This document shows positions 40,269 through 52,543 of a DNA stretch of 64,000 nt, piece by piece. The stretch covers positions 1,989,380 through 2,053,379 of the forward strand of contig OY763325.1 of the NCBI GenBank assembly GCA_963667315.1, given 5' to 3'. This DNA comes from an uncultured Thermotogae bacterium (GTDB lineage: Bacteria; Thermotogota; Thermotogae; MWEM01). Position 1 is the first letter of the stretch. Each line of letters starts with the position of its first letter. The position numbers were made by a program, and so were the translations under genes. The notes beneath the pieces are model-generated. The model did no database searches. It was not told the origin of the DNA and saw nothing but the letters and a program-made list of their open reading frames with translations.

Positions 40269-41723
40269 TTATACTAATTTTTTTAAAAAGTTTGCCACTT
40301 TGTCCATAACACTCGGACCTTCTTTTTCTCTATCTTTGTTTTTCTCTTTTTTCTTCCGTGTTCTTTTGATGATGGGACGCCTTTCCTTTTCCTCATAATA
40401 GTCGACATCATCGTAATAATCATCTATTTCCGGTGAGGCGATATACAGATTACCGATAGCCGCCGAATACAAACTGGAATCCATTTCCGAAGGGGCATTG
40501 ACGACATATTTATCATTATCCTCCACACTTCCCACTCTGACCGAGAGGTTGAACGTATCCCGAATGAACTCGATAATACCGTCAATCCTGGCACCACCAC
40601 CGGTCACAACGATACCGCCCGGTATGCTGGCTTCTCCTTCTTCAGCCATCTTTGTCAACACCGCTCTGATCTCTTTTTTGACATAATTCATGATCTCTTT
40701 GATCTTCGCATAGATAACAAGCGAGAGCTGTGAACGTGCAATTTGCTTGGTCGATTTACCGTCCAGCATGACATAACTGATAGTATCTGTACTCGTGTCT
40801 TTAAACGCCACTTTACCGTATCCCTTCACCATTCTTTCAGCTTCCGAAACAGAGGTGTTAAAGACTTTTGCCACATCCTTCATCACGTTCTTCATGGATT
40901 GATCGATCTGTTTGAAATAGATGATGGAATTGTTCCTGAAAGCCGAAACCGTGGTAAAAGAATGCCCCATATCTATGGAGATAACACCGGCATCCATTTC
41001 CTTACTGTTCAGCACGGCGATTGAAGACACAAAGGGACTCAAATGAAGATTTGGCTTCGGACCCCCTATCTGACTGGTAAACATGTTGATGATGGATTCT
41101 TTTGCCGTCGTGTCAATGGAAAGAACCGACGCTTCAACGGCAAGGAAAGTCGCTTCCATGTCAACGGGATTGACAACCTGCCGCGTTTCATCGAGGATAT
41201 ATTTTTTAGGCATCGCATGCAGCGTACTTCTGGAATTGTTGAGAAAGTCAAATCCACCGCCTTCAGAGGTGCCGTCGTCATTATCTTTCTGACCGGAAGT
41301 GAAAAATCGCATGAGAATATCGTGAAGATGATCTTCCGTAACGAATTCCGGTTCATCATCCTCTGAAAGTGCTATCGCCTTTATCTCTTCCGTTAAAAAA
41401 GCACTTTTCTCATTGATTGAAAGGACAAAATCTGCCTGAGTATCATCATCCAGCTGAGAAGCGAGTGCGTTACTCAGCTCCGAAAGGGCCGATCTGAACG
41501 AAACGGCATCTTTCAGTTCACCGCCTTCAAAACCGCTCGAAGGAACTTGTGCAAACGAAAGCACTTCGATGACGTTATCTTCCCCTTTTCTCGCAACAAC
41601 ACCCTTAAGGGCATCTGAACCGATGTCAAGAGAAGCCTCCATCCTCTGTTCGATCTTGTATCCTTTGTTTCCCTTATTCCGCTTATTTCCTCTATAATTT
41701 GAAGAGCCTGGCATTACATTCAC
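40269..41723 (-). CDS. ftsA: Cell division protein FtsA (actin-like ATPase) with Lys/Arg-rich N-terminal extension and basic C-terminal membrane-targeting tail
   Basis: 484 aa with an actin fold (LDIGSDALKGVV..., ...VTGGGARIDGI...). A GAGGTGA RBS supports the long start. Confidence 0.85.
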   Translation of the reverse strand: MNVMPGSSNYRGNKRNKGNKGYKIEQRMEASLDIGSDALKGVVARKGEDNVIEVLSFAQVPSSGFEGGELKDAVSFRSALSELSNALASQLDDDTQADFVLSINEKSAFLTEEIKAIALSEDDEPEFVTEDHLHDILMRFFTSGQKDNDDGTSEGGGFDFLNNSRSTLHAMPKKYILDETRQVVNPVDMEATFLAVEASVLSIDTTAKESIINMFTSQIGGPKPNLHLSPFVSSIAVLNSKEMDAGVISIDMGHSFTTVSAFRNNSIIYFKQIDQSMKNVMKDVAKVFNTSVSEAERMVKGYGKVAFKDTSTDTISYVMLDGKSTKQIARSQLSLVIYAKIKEIMNYVKKEIRAVLTKMAEEGEASIPGGIVVTGGGARIDGIIEFIRDTFNLSVRVGSVEDNDKYVVNAPSEMDSSLYSAAIGNLYIASPEIDDYYDDVDYYEEKERRPIIKRTRKKKEKNKDREKEGPSVMDKVANFLKKLV

Positions 41724-41724
41724 C

Positions 41725-42392
41725 TCATTTTTTTATAGGGAAAAATCTTCCGGTACTGAACAAATCATAAATCTGATTTTTTCCCATCTGATAGACAAAA
41801 CTGTCTTCATCAAAATCTTTAAGATTCCGCCAACTGTTCACCAGCAGAATATTCGCATTCCTCATATAAAACACGACGCTCCCGGCATCAACAGAAGACA
41901 GGTAATTTCTGAACAAAACGGACTTTTCAGACAGATAAGCGATGATCTCTCTTGCCTGTGAAAAATCCTCAACGTTAAAAATCTCAGGGATCGCATAATA
42001 ATCAGACAGACTCATATCCCCGGAGAACATCCAGATCATCTCACCGCTCCCGGAAAAAAGATATCGCTTTCCGTCTTTTAGACTGATCAGGAACTCAGCC
42101 TGTCGCCTTTCAACAGTGGCTTCATAAAAACCGTCTTTTTTCTCCAGCGTTTTGATCTCAAAACCATTCGGCTGATAATCCCGGATAAAGGACATATCCG
42201 GTGACCAGAAATCAAGATAGATGTTCTTCACCGTCTGAGAGGCCTCTGCGTTACCCTCTGTAAAAAAAACCTGACCGGTATCCCTCATTCGGGACGAAAT
42301 CATAAGGAAAAGGCTTTTACCGAGAAATATCAGCCCTACACACAGTATAAGGAACAAGACAAATAGTTCCTTTTCCCCACGATCGTTTCTCA

Positions 42393-42393
<1 letters not shown>
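41725..42393 (-). CDS. Putative FtsQ/DivIB-like cell-division protein (N-terminal TM plus periplasmic domain)
   Basis: 222 aa with a single N-terminal TM. Its position immediately upstream of ftsA-ftsZ is the main evidence. The sequence is only weakly POTRA-like. Confidence 0.4.
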
Positions 42394-44616
<2,223 letters not shown>

Positions 44617-44689
44617 ATTTTATCACAATTTAATGCATTTAAAAAAATCACAAAATGCAGAAACCACAACTTGATATCATTTCTCACAC

Positions 44690-45394
44690 TCATTTCCCGA
44701 TTGCGAAAGATGCCATCACAATCCCCGCTATTCCAACGATAACACCGCCAATTGCCGTCCATCTCAAAACATTGAGCTGCGAACCCATCTCCTCAAATCG
44801 CTTCTCAACAACCTGCCGTTCGCTGACGCTCTCATAACGATTCGCTTCAACCTCACTTCTCAAACTTTCTATCTCTATTTTCGTCTCCGTAATGGATCCC
44901 GAATTCCTGTCTGCTTTCTTATTCAGCGATGTCATGTCCGCTTCAAGTTTTTGAAGCTCGTAATCGTATGAAACGGCTGTTGATCCGGTTGTATGACCCT
45001 CAGCATTATAGCCTTCAAGATGCTGTTTTATCTCCCGATAATCCCTTCCGGCCGCCTCGACTGCTCTCAGCGTATTTTCCATCAACCCTTCCAATTCCTG
45101 AATTCTGTCATCGGATACCTGCGAACTTCCGGTGGAAACAGACCCCTGAAGATAATCCACCAGCCTTTTCATTGCAACTGAAGACTGATAGCGCGTCATC
45201 GGATCCGAACCACTGAAACTGCCATCCGGTAAACCGCTGATGATGCCACGCTCAGCGAGAAACATCACAGACTCATAGGCCCAATGTGAAGACGGCATAT
45301 CGGTAAATGAAGGAGCTGCTGTCAACAGCGTTCCCAACAGGATCAAAAGACATATAAACAAATATTTCAAGTCTGAAAACTTTTTATCTGACAT
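44690..45394 (-). CDS. Ompα-like toga anchor: N-terminal SLH domain, coiled-coil spacer, C-terminal TM helix
   Basis: The start was moved to MSDKKF (GGGGTGAGGG RBS). SLH motif FTDMPSSHWAYESVMFLAERGIISGLPDGSFSGSDPMTRYQ. A heptad-rich middle region and a C-terminal WTAIGGVIVGIAGIVMASFAIGK follow. Confidence 0.65.
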   Translation of the reverse strand: MSDKKFSDLKYLFICLLILLGTLLTAAPSFTDMPSSHWAYESVMFLAERGIISGLPDGSFSGSDPMTRYQSSVAMKRLVDYLQGSVSTGSSQVSDDRIQELEGLMENTLRAVEAAGRDYREIKQHLEGYNAEGHTTGSTAVSYDYELQKLEADMTSLNKKADRNSGSITETKIEIESLRSEVEANRYESVSERQVVEKRFEEMGSQLNVLRWTAIGGVIVGIAGIVMASFAIGK

Positions 45395-45554
45395 AGGTTT
45401 AACCCTCACCCCCGGGTAACTTCAAAATTAAACAAAAAACAAACGGCAATACCAACACCCCATGGAAGGACAGCATATGGACTTTCATGCTGATAACCCC
45501 GGAAAGCCCATAAATTGTCCCTGTTTCACTTAAAATATATTCAACTGAATTCCC

Positions 45555-48500
45555 TTATTTTTCAACCGTTATCGACAATCCGGGCGCAACGATATCATTT
45601 CCGGGATTGTACATCTCAAAAAGTTTCAACGGCGGGACGATAAATTCACCCGTTGCGATGATCTTGTAATGATTCATATAAACCGAATCCCTTTCGGATA
45701 TATAGCTCATAAACGATGTCGTCCGGTCATACCTGTCTTCAACATGATCCGTAAAATACGTTGACAGATAACTTCTCGTTGAATAATATTTACCGGCATA
45801 ATAATCGGTGCCGTAATCCTCGTCCTGAACAAAACAGGAAGGCAGATATTCTTCAAGTGCCGCCCATCTCCAGCTGACCGGTAATTTGATTCTGATGATG
45901 GAACGCACTTCATCTCCTATCCGTAGCACTCTGTCATTCTTTCTGAACACGATCGTCCAGGCACCTTCATCATAAGTAAACGGATTCCTGTCAAGTGTCA
46001 GCGATGTAGCCGTCATCCCGATTAGGTTGGAACTGCTGCTGACCATGACACCTGTATCCCTGCCGTTCACGATCAATCTTCTGTAATAATGACTGTCGTC
46101 AATCTTTTCCAGTCTGAAGCCATAGATGTTTTCCGGCTCTGTTTCAAGGTCTATTGCCGTCCCGTTGGGGAATATCGTATCCGGAATGATGCCGTTATCA
46201 ATCGGAACGTATACGGTCTCATAGGATAACTCCCCTTCTTCATCCAGCATCTTCAACTGATTCTTAACGACAAGATCTCTGCTGAGAATGTTCTCCGAAG
46301 AATTCACCACTTCCGGAGTCCATAATTCCGATGTCCGGACTTTCCACATGATCCCCGATTCCCCGTTGATCTCAAGATTGATGATTTCTCCGGCTTCAAT
46401 TGCAAAGGTGTAAGTTTTGGTGTCGCCGGAATCGAGGGAATCAATCGTCTCGGGAATATGTCCTTCAGACGCCAGTGATTTGAGCAGATTAAGATTGATC
46501 CTGTAATCAAATTCATCGGACGAACTCAGATAACCGGAAAGTGCCATGACGACAAATGCGGAATCCTTTGTGGAACGCCAGTATTCCCCGGTTTTGTTGT
46601 TGTACAGATAATTGAACAGCCAGGTCATTTCTATCGCATTATACTCAAGTCTGTTCATGAGATCAAAAAGCAATGCGTTCATCTGAAGATCGTTGATGAA
46701 ATAAGTCGTGTTGTCAAAGTTAACTTTGAATTGCCCATTGAAGGAAGACCCTTCTTCAACGATTTCATCCAGCAACCTGGAAGCCACTTCATCCTGTCCT
46801 CTTTGAACCATCAGAAGAGCCATGAACAGTTTCGAACTCAAAGAATCCCTGTCCGTCAACAACATGCTGTACGACGGCCAGATCATCGCCGTCACATATT
46901 CCGCAAAGGGCAGTCTTTCATCGGCATCTTCCATGAGATTCTTCAAGGCAAGACTTCCCCTGTCATATGAGGACATGTTCACATCATACCCCAGCTGAAG
47001 CAGTTGATAATAGGTATACATGACATAAGCCGTCATAAACTGATCGGTATTACCGCCTTTCCACCAGCCCCATGCCCCTTCATAATTCTGATAGGAATAA
47101 AGTTTTTTCAATGCGGCTTCCGTAATGTCGGGAATCTCCGCAAATATCGCCTGCTGTTCCTCATTCAGTTCAACATCCTTTCTGAGAGACAGAAACGCCA
47201 GAGAAGGCAGAAAACTGCTGATCGTCTGTTCCGTACAACCGTACGGATAGCGGATCAGATAAGTCAGGGCATCGATCAGTTCCCCTTCGAGATCGGCACT
47301 CATCGTCAACGTCACGGTGCTGTTCACTTCCGGCTGATAGGACCACAAGACCTTTTCCCTCGTGATAATTCCGGCTGCTCCGGTATTGATCTCAAATTCA
47401 CGCCGGTTGACAATCAGTTCCTCTTCCATCGCATCACTGAAGGCTTCAACAAGCTCGCCGTCTTTTTGGCCATAAGCACCAAGTTTGAATGTTATCTTCT
47501 CACCGTTTTTTACCTGCGGAACGGTATATTCAAACCAGTAGATTTCATTAGATTGATCGGGAATATCCACCCTTCTCTTTTCCTGAACCCCTTCGGATTC
47601 AAATACAATTTCAAACGACAAATCCTCACCGGAATAATTTCCGACATTCATGCCAAGATCAATCGTATCCCCTGTGATGAGGAACTTCGGGAATACCGCA
47701 TTCACGGTAACCGGCAACGTTGCAATAAAACTATCGGCTGAGTATGTTCGCTTGCCTTTATCTCCGATTGCTATGGCTCTTGTACGCCACGTGGTCAGAT
47801 TTTCCGGTAATTTCATTTCAAACGTTGTGTTCCCGTTGACAACCACACCGGGAATCCAGAGGGCCGAATCGGAGAAATCACTCCTGACTTTCACACCCGT
47901 TTTTGATGCCGCTCGCTTCGTCTGTGCCAATGTGTCCGCATCCTCATATTCGAGGGTATTAAAACTGAACAATCTGGCAAAATTATAATATTGATTGAAA
48001 TAATCTATATAGTAATTATACGGTGGCCTGGAAAGGCTCCCGAGCACCAGTTCCCATTCATCATCCCCATAAAGGTCGATCAGTGCCTGATCAATCACGT
48101 TCAGGGTAACGACGCCGTTCATCTCACCACCATCGTTATCACGCAAGGCAACACCGATGGCAATATCTTCTCCCGGTCTGGCCTTTTCGGGAACATGCAA
48201 TTCACAATTCATATCAAACCGTTCAATCTTAACGGGAATCTCGTAGGTCTTTGAAATCTCTTCACCGCCAAAATAAGAGAAGATCTGCACTCTGATCTTC
48301 TCCCTGTTCACATCGGCCGGAATCACGAAAGACATCTGAGCCGTATTGTCCTTTACCTTCAACTTTTTCGTCATCAGGGTATTGCCAAAATCAACGATGA
48401 CATAAGCGTTCAGCTCTCTGAAAACAGAGATGAGATCCAATTCCACAAAATCTCCTGCCCGATAACTCTCCTGATTTCTGATGAGATCCAGTTTTTCAGT

Positions 48501-50099
48501 CGTTGAGTATCTGTAATCTGAAGCGTATACAAAGAATGTCTTTTCAATCCTGTTCTGAGGATAGGCTGTATCCACTATTCTGAGGGTATAATAACCGGGA
48601 ATAATCGGGTCAAAATCGAAATGGAATGTCCCTTCACTATCCGTCTTAACCACCTTACTGTAAACCGAATTCTTTTTTCGGATGACTTCAAATTCCATTT
48701 CCCTGCCGGAAACATTCACCGAATCGAATATTGCTTCAGCTGAAAATTCCCCTCTGACGCTTCCGTTGTTCAGATTATGCCAATATTGCCACTGCTCTGT
48801 CTTCAGAACGACATCTGAAGGGACATATTTAAAGTAGACATGTTCACTGACTTCTCTACCTGTCTTGTCAACAACGTTAAACTCTACCGAGTAATGTTCA
48901 ACGTCCTGCGCTTTTATCCTGACGATATCCGTCGCATTGCCGCTGTGCATTTCCTTTGAGCGGATATCGAGTGTCTTTGTCTCAAAATTGCGGCTGTAAT
49001 CCGGCATCAGATTGACCGTCGTATGCACGATCCCCCGGTCTATCGGCTGACCATAATAATAGGTTGCGTTCACATCAAACACAGGCTGTTCACCGATTCC
49101 GTAAACCTCTTTGATGTTTGATACATCCACGGTAAACGTGGGCTTCTGATAATCCGAGACCTCAATATACCGATAGAAATTTCTATCTTCTGCTGCGATC
49201 ATAACGTCATAATGCCCTCTGACAGCATCTTCAGACGTTTCATAGGAAAATTCAAAGCCGCCTCTTTCATCCGTTACAATATCCATCAGAAGCAAACGCG
49301 TGCCCATCGGATCGGTCAAGGTAACCGTTACAATACCTGCCGCTTCGAACGCCGCAGTTTTTCTGTTATAAAGATATCCCTTTACGTTAATCGTATCCCC
49401 CGGTCTGTAGATCGGTCTTTCGGATAAAAACACCAGATTCGTGTTATAGCTTTCGATATAGTTTTCCAAATCCACCGAAACAACGGCTCTCCCCGAAGGC
49501 GCATTGACGATGACCAACTCATCTGCGATATCCTTTTTATCGATTCGTCTCGCCTCAGGATTGTTCAGACTACCGAGATGCACCTTTTCCTTTCCCGTAA
49601 AGATATCTCCGAATTCAGAGACTTTCCCACTCAGTGAATCCCAGACCTCCAGCTGAATATAATCTCCGAAATCGATGGCGATCCCCGCTGTGTTAGTTCT
49701 TTCAACACAACAGTATTCATCGTCACCACTTTTCCAGAAGACGACGAAATAACTCCCGATTTCCGGGAAGAAGTCCGCCGGTATCCCCTCACGCTTCCAT
49801 CCCTCTGTTGCCTGTATCCTATAGGTAAAAAGGGGAGCTCCTTTGATGATGTCATTTGCCTCAGACAGAGGCATATCCCTTGAAACAAAGGAAAAGGCAT
49901 CTTCCATCTTATAAATGGACACGGTGATATCCTCCGTTTTCGCTTCTTCTTCTCCATAATTGTAATTAGAAATGGAGAAACTCAATTCATCCGATGGTCC
50001 AATCACATTCAGATCATCCACATAAATATTCAGTGAAAAGACCTGTAAAACTGTCAGTAAAAGAATAGAAAAGATAAAAAACAACCTGGTTTCACTCAT
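45555..50099 (-). CDS. Bacterial α2-macroglobulin family protein with intact thioester motif (GCTEQ)
   Basis: About 1514 aa. The start was moved to MSETRLFFIF... (AAAGGGG RBS), which has a signal peptide. The thioester region is LIRYPYGCTEQTISSF. MG-domain repeats occur along its length. Confidence 0.85.
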   Translation of the reverse strand: MSETRLFFIFSILLLTVLQVFSLNIYVDDLNVIGPSDELSFSISNYNYGEEEAKTEDITVSIYKMEDAFSFVSRDMPLSEANDIIKGAPLFTYRIQATEGWKREGIPADFFPEIGSYFVVFWKSGDDEYCCVERTNTAGIAIDFGDYIQLEVWDSLSGKVSEFGDIFTGKEKVHLGSLNNPEARRIDKKDIADELVIVNAPSGRAVVSVDLENYIESYNTNLVFLSERPIYRPGDTINVKGYLYNRKTAAFEAAGIVTVTLTDPMGTRLLLMDIVTDERGGFEFSYETSEDAVRGHYDVMIAAEDRNFYRYIEVSDYQKPTFTVDVSNIKEVYGIGEQPVFDVNATYYYGQPIDRGIVHTTVNLMPDYSRNFETKTLDIRSKEMHSGNATDIVRIKAQDVEHYSVEFNVVDKTGREVSEHVYFKYVPSDVVLKTEQWQYWHNLNNGSVRGEFSAEAIFDSVNVSGREMEFEVIRKKNSVYSKVVKTDSEGTFHFDFDPIIPGYYTLRIVDTAYPQNRIEKTFFVYASDYRYSTTEKLDLIRNQESYRAGDFVELDLISVFRELNAYVIVDFGNTLMTKKLKVKDNTAQMSFVIPADVNREKIRVQIFSYFGGEEISKTYEIPVKIERFDMNCELHVPEKARPGEDIAIGVALRDNDGGEMNGVVTLNVIDQALIDLYGDDEWELVLGSLSRPPYNYYIDYFNQYYNFARLFSFNTLEYEDADTLAQTKRAASKTGVKVRSDFSDSALWIPGVVVNGNTTFEMKLPENLTTWRTRAIAIGDKGKRTYSADSFIATLPVTVNAVFPKFLITGDTIDLGMNVGNYSGEDLSFEIVFESEGVQEKRRVDIPDQSNEIYWFEYTVPQVKNGEKITFKLGAYGQKDGELVEAFSDAMEEELIVNRREFEINTGAAGIITREKVLWSYQPEVNSTVTLTMSADLEGELIDALTYLIRYPYGCTEQTISSFLPSLAFLSLRKDVELNEEQQAIFAEIPDITEAALKKLYSYQNYEGAWGWWKGGNTDQFMTAYVMYTYYQLLQLGYDVNMSSYDRGSLALKNLMEDADERLPFAEYVTAMIWPSYSMLLTDRDSLSSKLFMALLMVQRGQDEVASRLLDEIVEEGSSFNGQFKVNFDNTTYFINDLQMNALLFDLMNRLEYNAIEMTWLFNYLYNNKTGEYWRSTKDSAFVVMALSGYLSSSDEFDYRINLNLLKSLASEGHIPETIDSLDSGDTKTYTFAIEAGEIINLEINGESGIMWKVRTSELWTPEVVNSSENILSRDLVVKNQLKMLDEEGELSYETVYVPIDNGIIPDTIFPNGTAIDLETEPENIYGFRLEKIDDSHYYRRLIVNGRDTGVMVSSSSNLIGMTATSLTLDRNPFTYDEGAWTIVFRKNDRVLRIGDEVRSIIRIKLPVSWRWAALEEYLPSCFVQDEDYGTDYYAGKYYSTRSYLSTYFTDHVEDRYDRTTSFMSYISERDSVYMNHYKIIATGEFIVPPLKLFEMYNPGNDIVAPGLSITVEK

Positions 50100-50125
50100 A
50101 TTCATACCCCTTTCATATTTAATAC

Positions 50126-51037
50126 TCAATCGTTTAAAAATTTAAACCTGTAAACACCGAGAAAACTGGGATTTTCCTTCACAGGCAACCATATCAGAGG
50201 TGCTGCATCAAAATACACATCTTCTTTCCAAAGTCTCAAATAACCGTCATCTTCATCATTCGGCCCCGTGTGATAGATAAAACCGTCATCCGTCAACATG
50301 ACAACATGATAGGGAAAAACATGATCCTGCGGATGATAAAAAAACAACAGATCTCCCATCTTGCCATCCCTGTAATCATCTCCAATTTTTCTGCAGGAGT
50401 AAAGTAAAAGATTTCTCGCATCCGCAAAACCGTAAAAACCGTCAACCACCTGAAAGATCTGCGTCCCGAGAACAGGAACTTCGGGATAGTTAAACGCTCT
50501 GACATCCTCCAGGTTCGGTGCCTGTGAACCGAAGGCATCGTTCCAGCTGCTGTCATGACGTTTTAATGCCTCTACCGCGCAAAAACGGATCAGACCTGAA
50601 CAATCAATATGCTTCCAGTTATCCGCATACTTGATCTTCTGCGATTTGGCAATCCATACCATCCACTCCCGGAATCGACGACAATCCTCACCGTACAACT
50701 CTGATTCATCCGGATAACCGTCCAAATCTTCATCTGCCGCATTTTCTATGACAGAAAAACTTATACTCCCCCGGTTAAAAAACAAACCCGGTCTGAAATA
50801 GGTTAGTTTAAATTTATTATCCGTCAGGATAAAGGTCATCAACTCATCTTCGAGGAAAAGTTCTGCTCCTTCTACATCAATCACCTTTACAAAAGACGGA
50901 ACAGCCAACTGGAAATAATCACCCTTTGCGGAAGGAAAGGAGAGTATGCTTGGACGAAGATAAAAAAAGCCGGAAACTGCGGTAATCAATATTATCAAAA
51001 GAAAAACAACGAATTTTTTCAATTTCTCCCCCTCCAC
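50126..51037 (-). CDS. Secreted or membrane-anchored partner protein of the α2-macroglobulin gene, with conserved Cys...His pair; possibly DUF1175-like
   Basis: About 300 aa. The start is GTG 51037 or TTG 51022 (GGAGGGGGAG RBS). The N-terminal hydrophobic segment is KKFVVFLLIILITAVSG. Conserved-looking motifs are IDCSGLIRFC and ...YHVVMLTDDGFIYHTGP. Its stop is 27 nt before the A2M start. Confidence 0.5.
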   Translation of the reverse strand: MEGEKLKKFVVFLLIILITAVSGFFYLRPSILSFPSAKGDYFQLAVPSFVKVIDVEGAELFLEDELMTFILTDNKFKLTYFRPGLFFNRGSISFSVIENAADEDLDGYPDESELYGEDCRRFREWMVWIAKSQKIKYADNWKHIDCSGLIRFCAVEALKRHDSSWNDAFGSQAPNLEDVRAFNYPEVPVLGTQIFQVVDGFYGFADARNLLLYSCRKIGDDYRDGKMGDLLFFYHPQDHVFPYHVVMLTDDGFIYHTGPNDEDDGYLRLWKEDVYFDAAPLIWLPVKENPSFLGVYRFKFLND

Positions 51038-51107
51038 CTTTAATTATATCACGAAAAAGAGCCTGCGGATTTCACCAATATTGCTTTACAATGCCCAATA
51101 TGATAGA

Positions 51108-52433
51108 ATGGTATCAGTATATTACCGGGTGGTGCAACGCTTGAAAAATGTGCATTTTGTTGGAATAAGTGGAATCGGAATGAGTTCTGTCGCTCTTTTT
51201 GCAAAGGATATGGGTTATAACGTAACGGGCAGCTGTGATACGGCAAGCCCGAGAACAGAACTTCTGACGGAGAATGCCATTGATGTCTATGTTGGTCATA
51301 AGACTGAGAACGTGAAAGACAATATGGATTATATCGTCTTCACGACCGCTGTTTCTGATGATAACCCCGAGATGGTGAAGGCACGAGAACTCGGTATCGA
51401 AATCCTGCCGAGGCTCTTCTTCCTGAAGATCCTGATAAAGGAAAGCGGACGCGATTTAACCGGAATAACGGGAACCGACGGTAAAACTTCAACCACAGCG
51501 ATGATCGCACACGTTGCCATCAAAGAAGGGCTGGATCCGACGGTTATACTTGGCGGCATACACGAAGACCTTGAATTTGGGAACTACAGAAGCGGTACGG
51601 GACCTATCATCGCCGAGATAGATGAAAGTGACGGCTATTTCAGAGACCTGAAGGTCAAGCATGCCGTTTTAACAAATCTTCGCGGTGATCACCTGGAACA
51701 CTACAAACAGGATTTCCAAAGATATAAGGATTATATGATACAATTTATCACTAACGCTGAAAACAGAGTTATCCCGGCTGATCTTGATATTGTATTACCG
51801 AATTCAACAGCGTTTTCAGAAAACGATTTTGCACCGCTGCTTGAAAAAAGCGGCAAAACAAATGACCTCTACACAAAAATCAATATCATCTGCGCCGCAC
51901 AAGCCTGTCGGTTGCTGGGCATCCCACCCATTCGTTCAATCGAATGCCTTTCCGATTTCAAGAATGTTGACCGGCGAATGAGTACCAGATTCAGTACAAA
52001 AAAGATGATCATTGTCGACGATTATGCACACACCCCTTCAGAAATAGAGTTCAGCCTACAAAGTCTTGCAAACAAATACAAAGACAGGAAGATCATACTC
52101 ATATTTGAAGCGCACCGATACACCCGTTTAAAGAGAGATATGAAGAGATTTGCACAAAAACTTGCTTCTCCGCTCATAGATTCACTTATTCTCATGCCGG
52201 TCTATTCCGCTTACGAACATGAAGAACCCGAAGTGTTTGAAGCTTTCAAAACACTTCTGAAAGATAAAAAGGTTGACTTCCTTTTTGAAGGGTCACCTGA
52301 AAATCTCGCTAACACTTTATTTTCGAAGGCATCCGACGATTTGGCAGTCTTATTTACAGGAGCCGGACACAGTTCAACCTTTTCAAAAAAAGTTTCCGAT
52401 TTTTGCACCCAAAAAGAAATATTTTTTACATAA
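51108..52433 (+). CDS. murC: UDP-N-acetylmuramate–L-alanine ligase MurC (Mur ligase family)
   Basis: VHFVGISGIGMSSVALFAKDMGYNVTGSCD, and a Mur ligase P-loop GITGTDGKTSTTAMI. The exact start is uncertain (ATG 51081 or 51108). Confidence 0.75.
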   Translation: MVSVYYRVVQRLKNVHFVGISGIGMSSVALFAKDMGYNVTGSCDTASPRTELLTENAIDVYVGHKTENVKDNMDYIVFTTAVSDDNPEMVKARELGIEILPRLFFLKILIKESGRDLTGITGTDGKTSTTAMIAHVAIKEGLDPTVILGGIHEDLEFGNYRSGTGPIIAEIDESDGYFRDLKVKHAVLTNLRGDHLEHYKQDFQRYKDYMIQFITNAENRVIPADLDIVLPNSTAFSENDFAPLLEKSGKTNDLYTKINIICAAQACRLLGIPPIRSIECLSDFKNVDRRMSTRFSTKKMIIVDDYAHTPSEIEFSLQSLANKYKDRKIILIFEAHRYTRLKRDMKRFAQKLASPLIDSLILMPVYSAYEHEEPEVFEAFKTLLKDKKVDFLFEGSPENLANTLFSKASDDLAVLFTGAGHSSTFSKKVSDFCTQKEIFFT

Positions 52434-52439
52434 AAAAAC

Positions 52440-52469
52440 TTGACAGCGCATTATCATTTACTTTATAAT
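52440..52469 (+). promoter_or_regulatory. Sigma-70-type promoter (TTGACA-17-TTATAAT) for hydA
   Basis: -35 at 52440-52445, a 17-nt spacer, and -10 at 52463-52469. A 5'UTR of about 75 nt contains a small hairpin (TAGCCAT...ATGGCTA). Confidence 0.6.
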
Positions 52470-52543
52470 TTATGCGGTGCTCGAAATAGCCATTTCATAT
52501 GGCTTACAATGATATATAAGACTAACTTGAGGAGGGGATTTAA

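Noticed and set aside
47004-47741. 245-aa plus-strand ORF, and others at 47650-48254
   Set aside because: Antisense to the α2-macroglobulin gene, with no independent signals.
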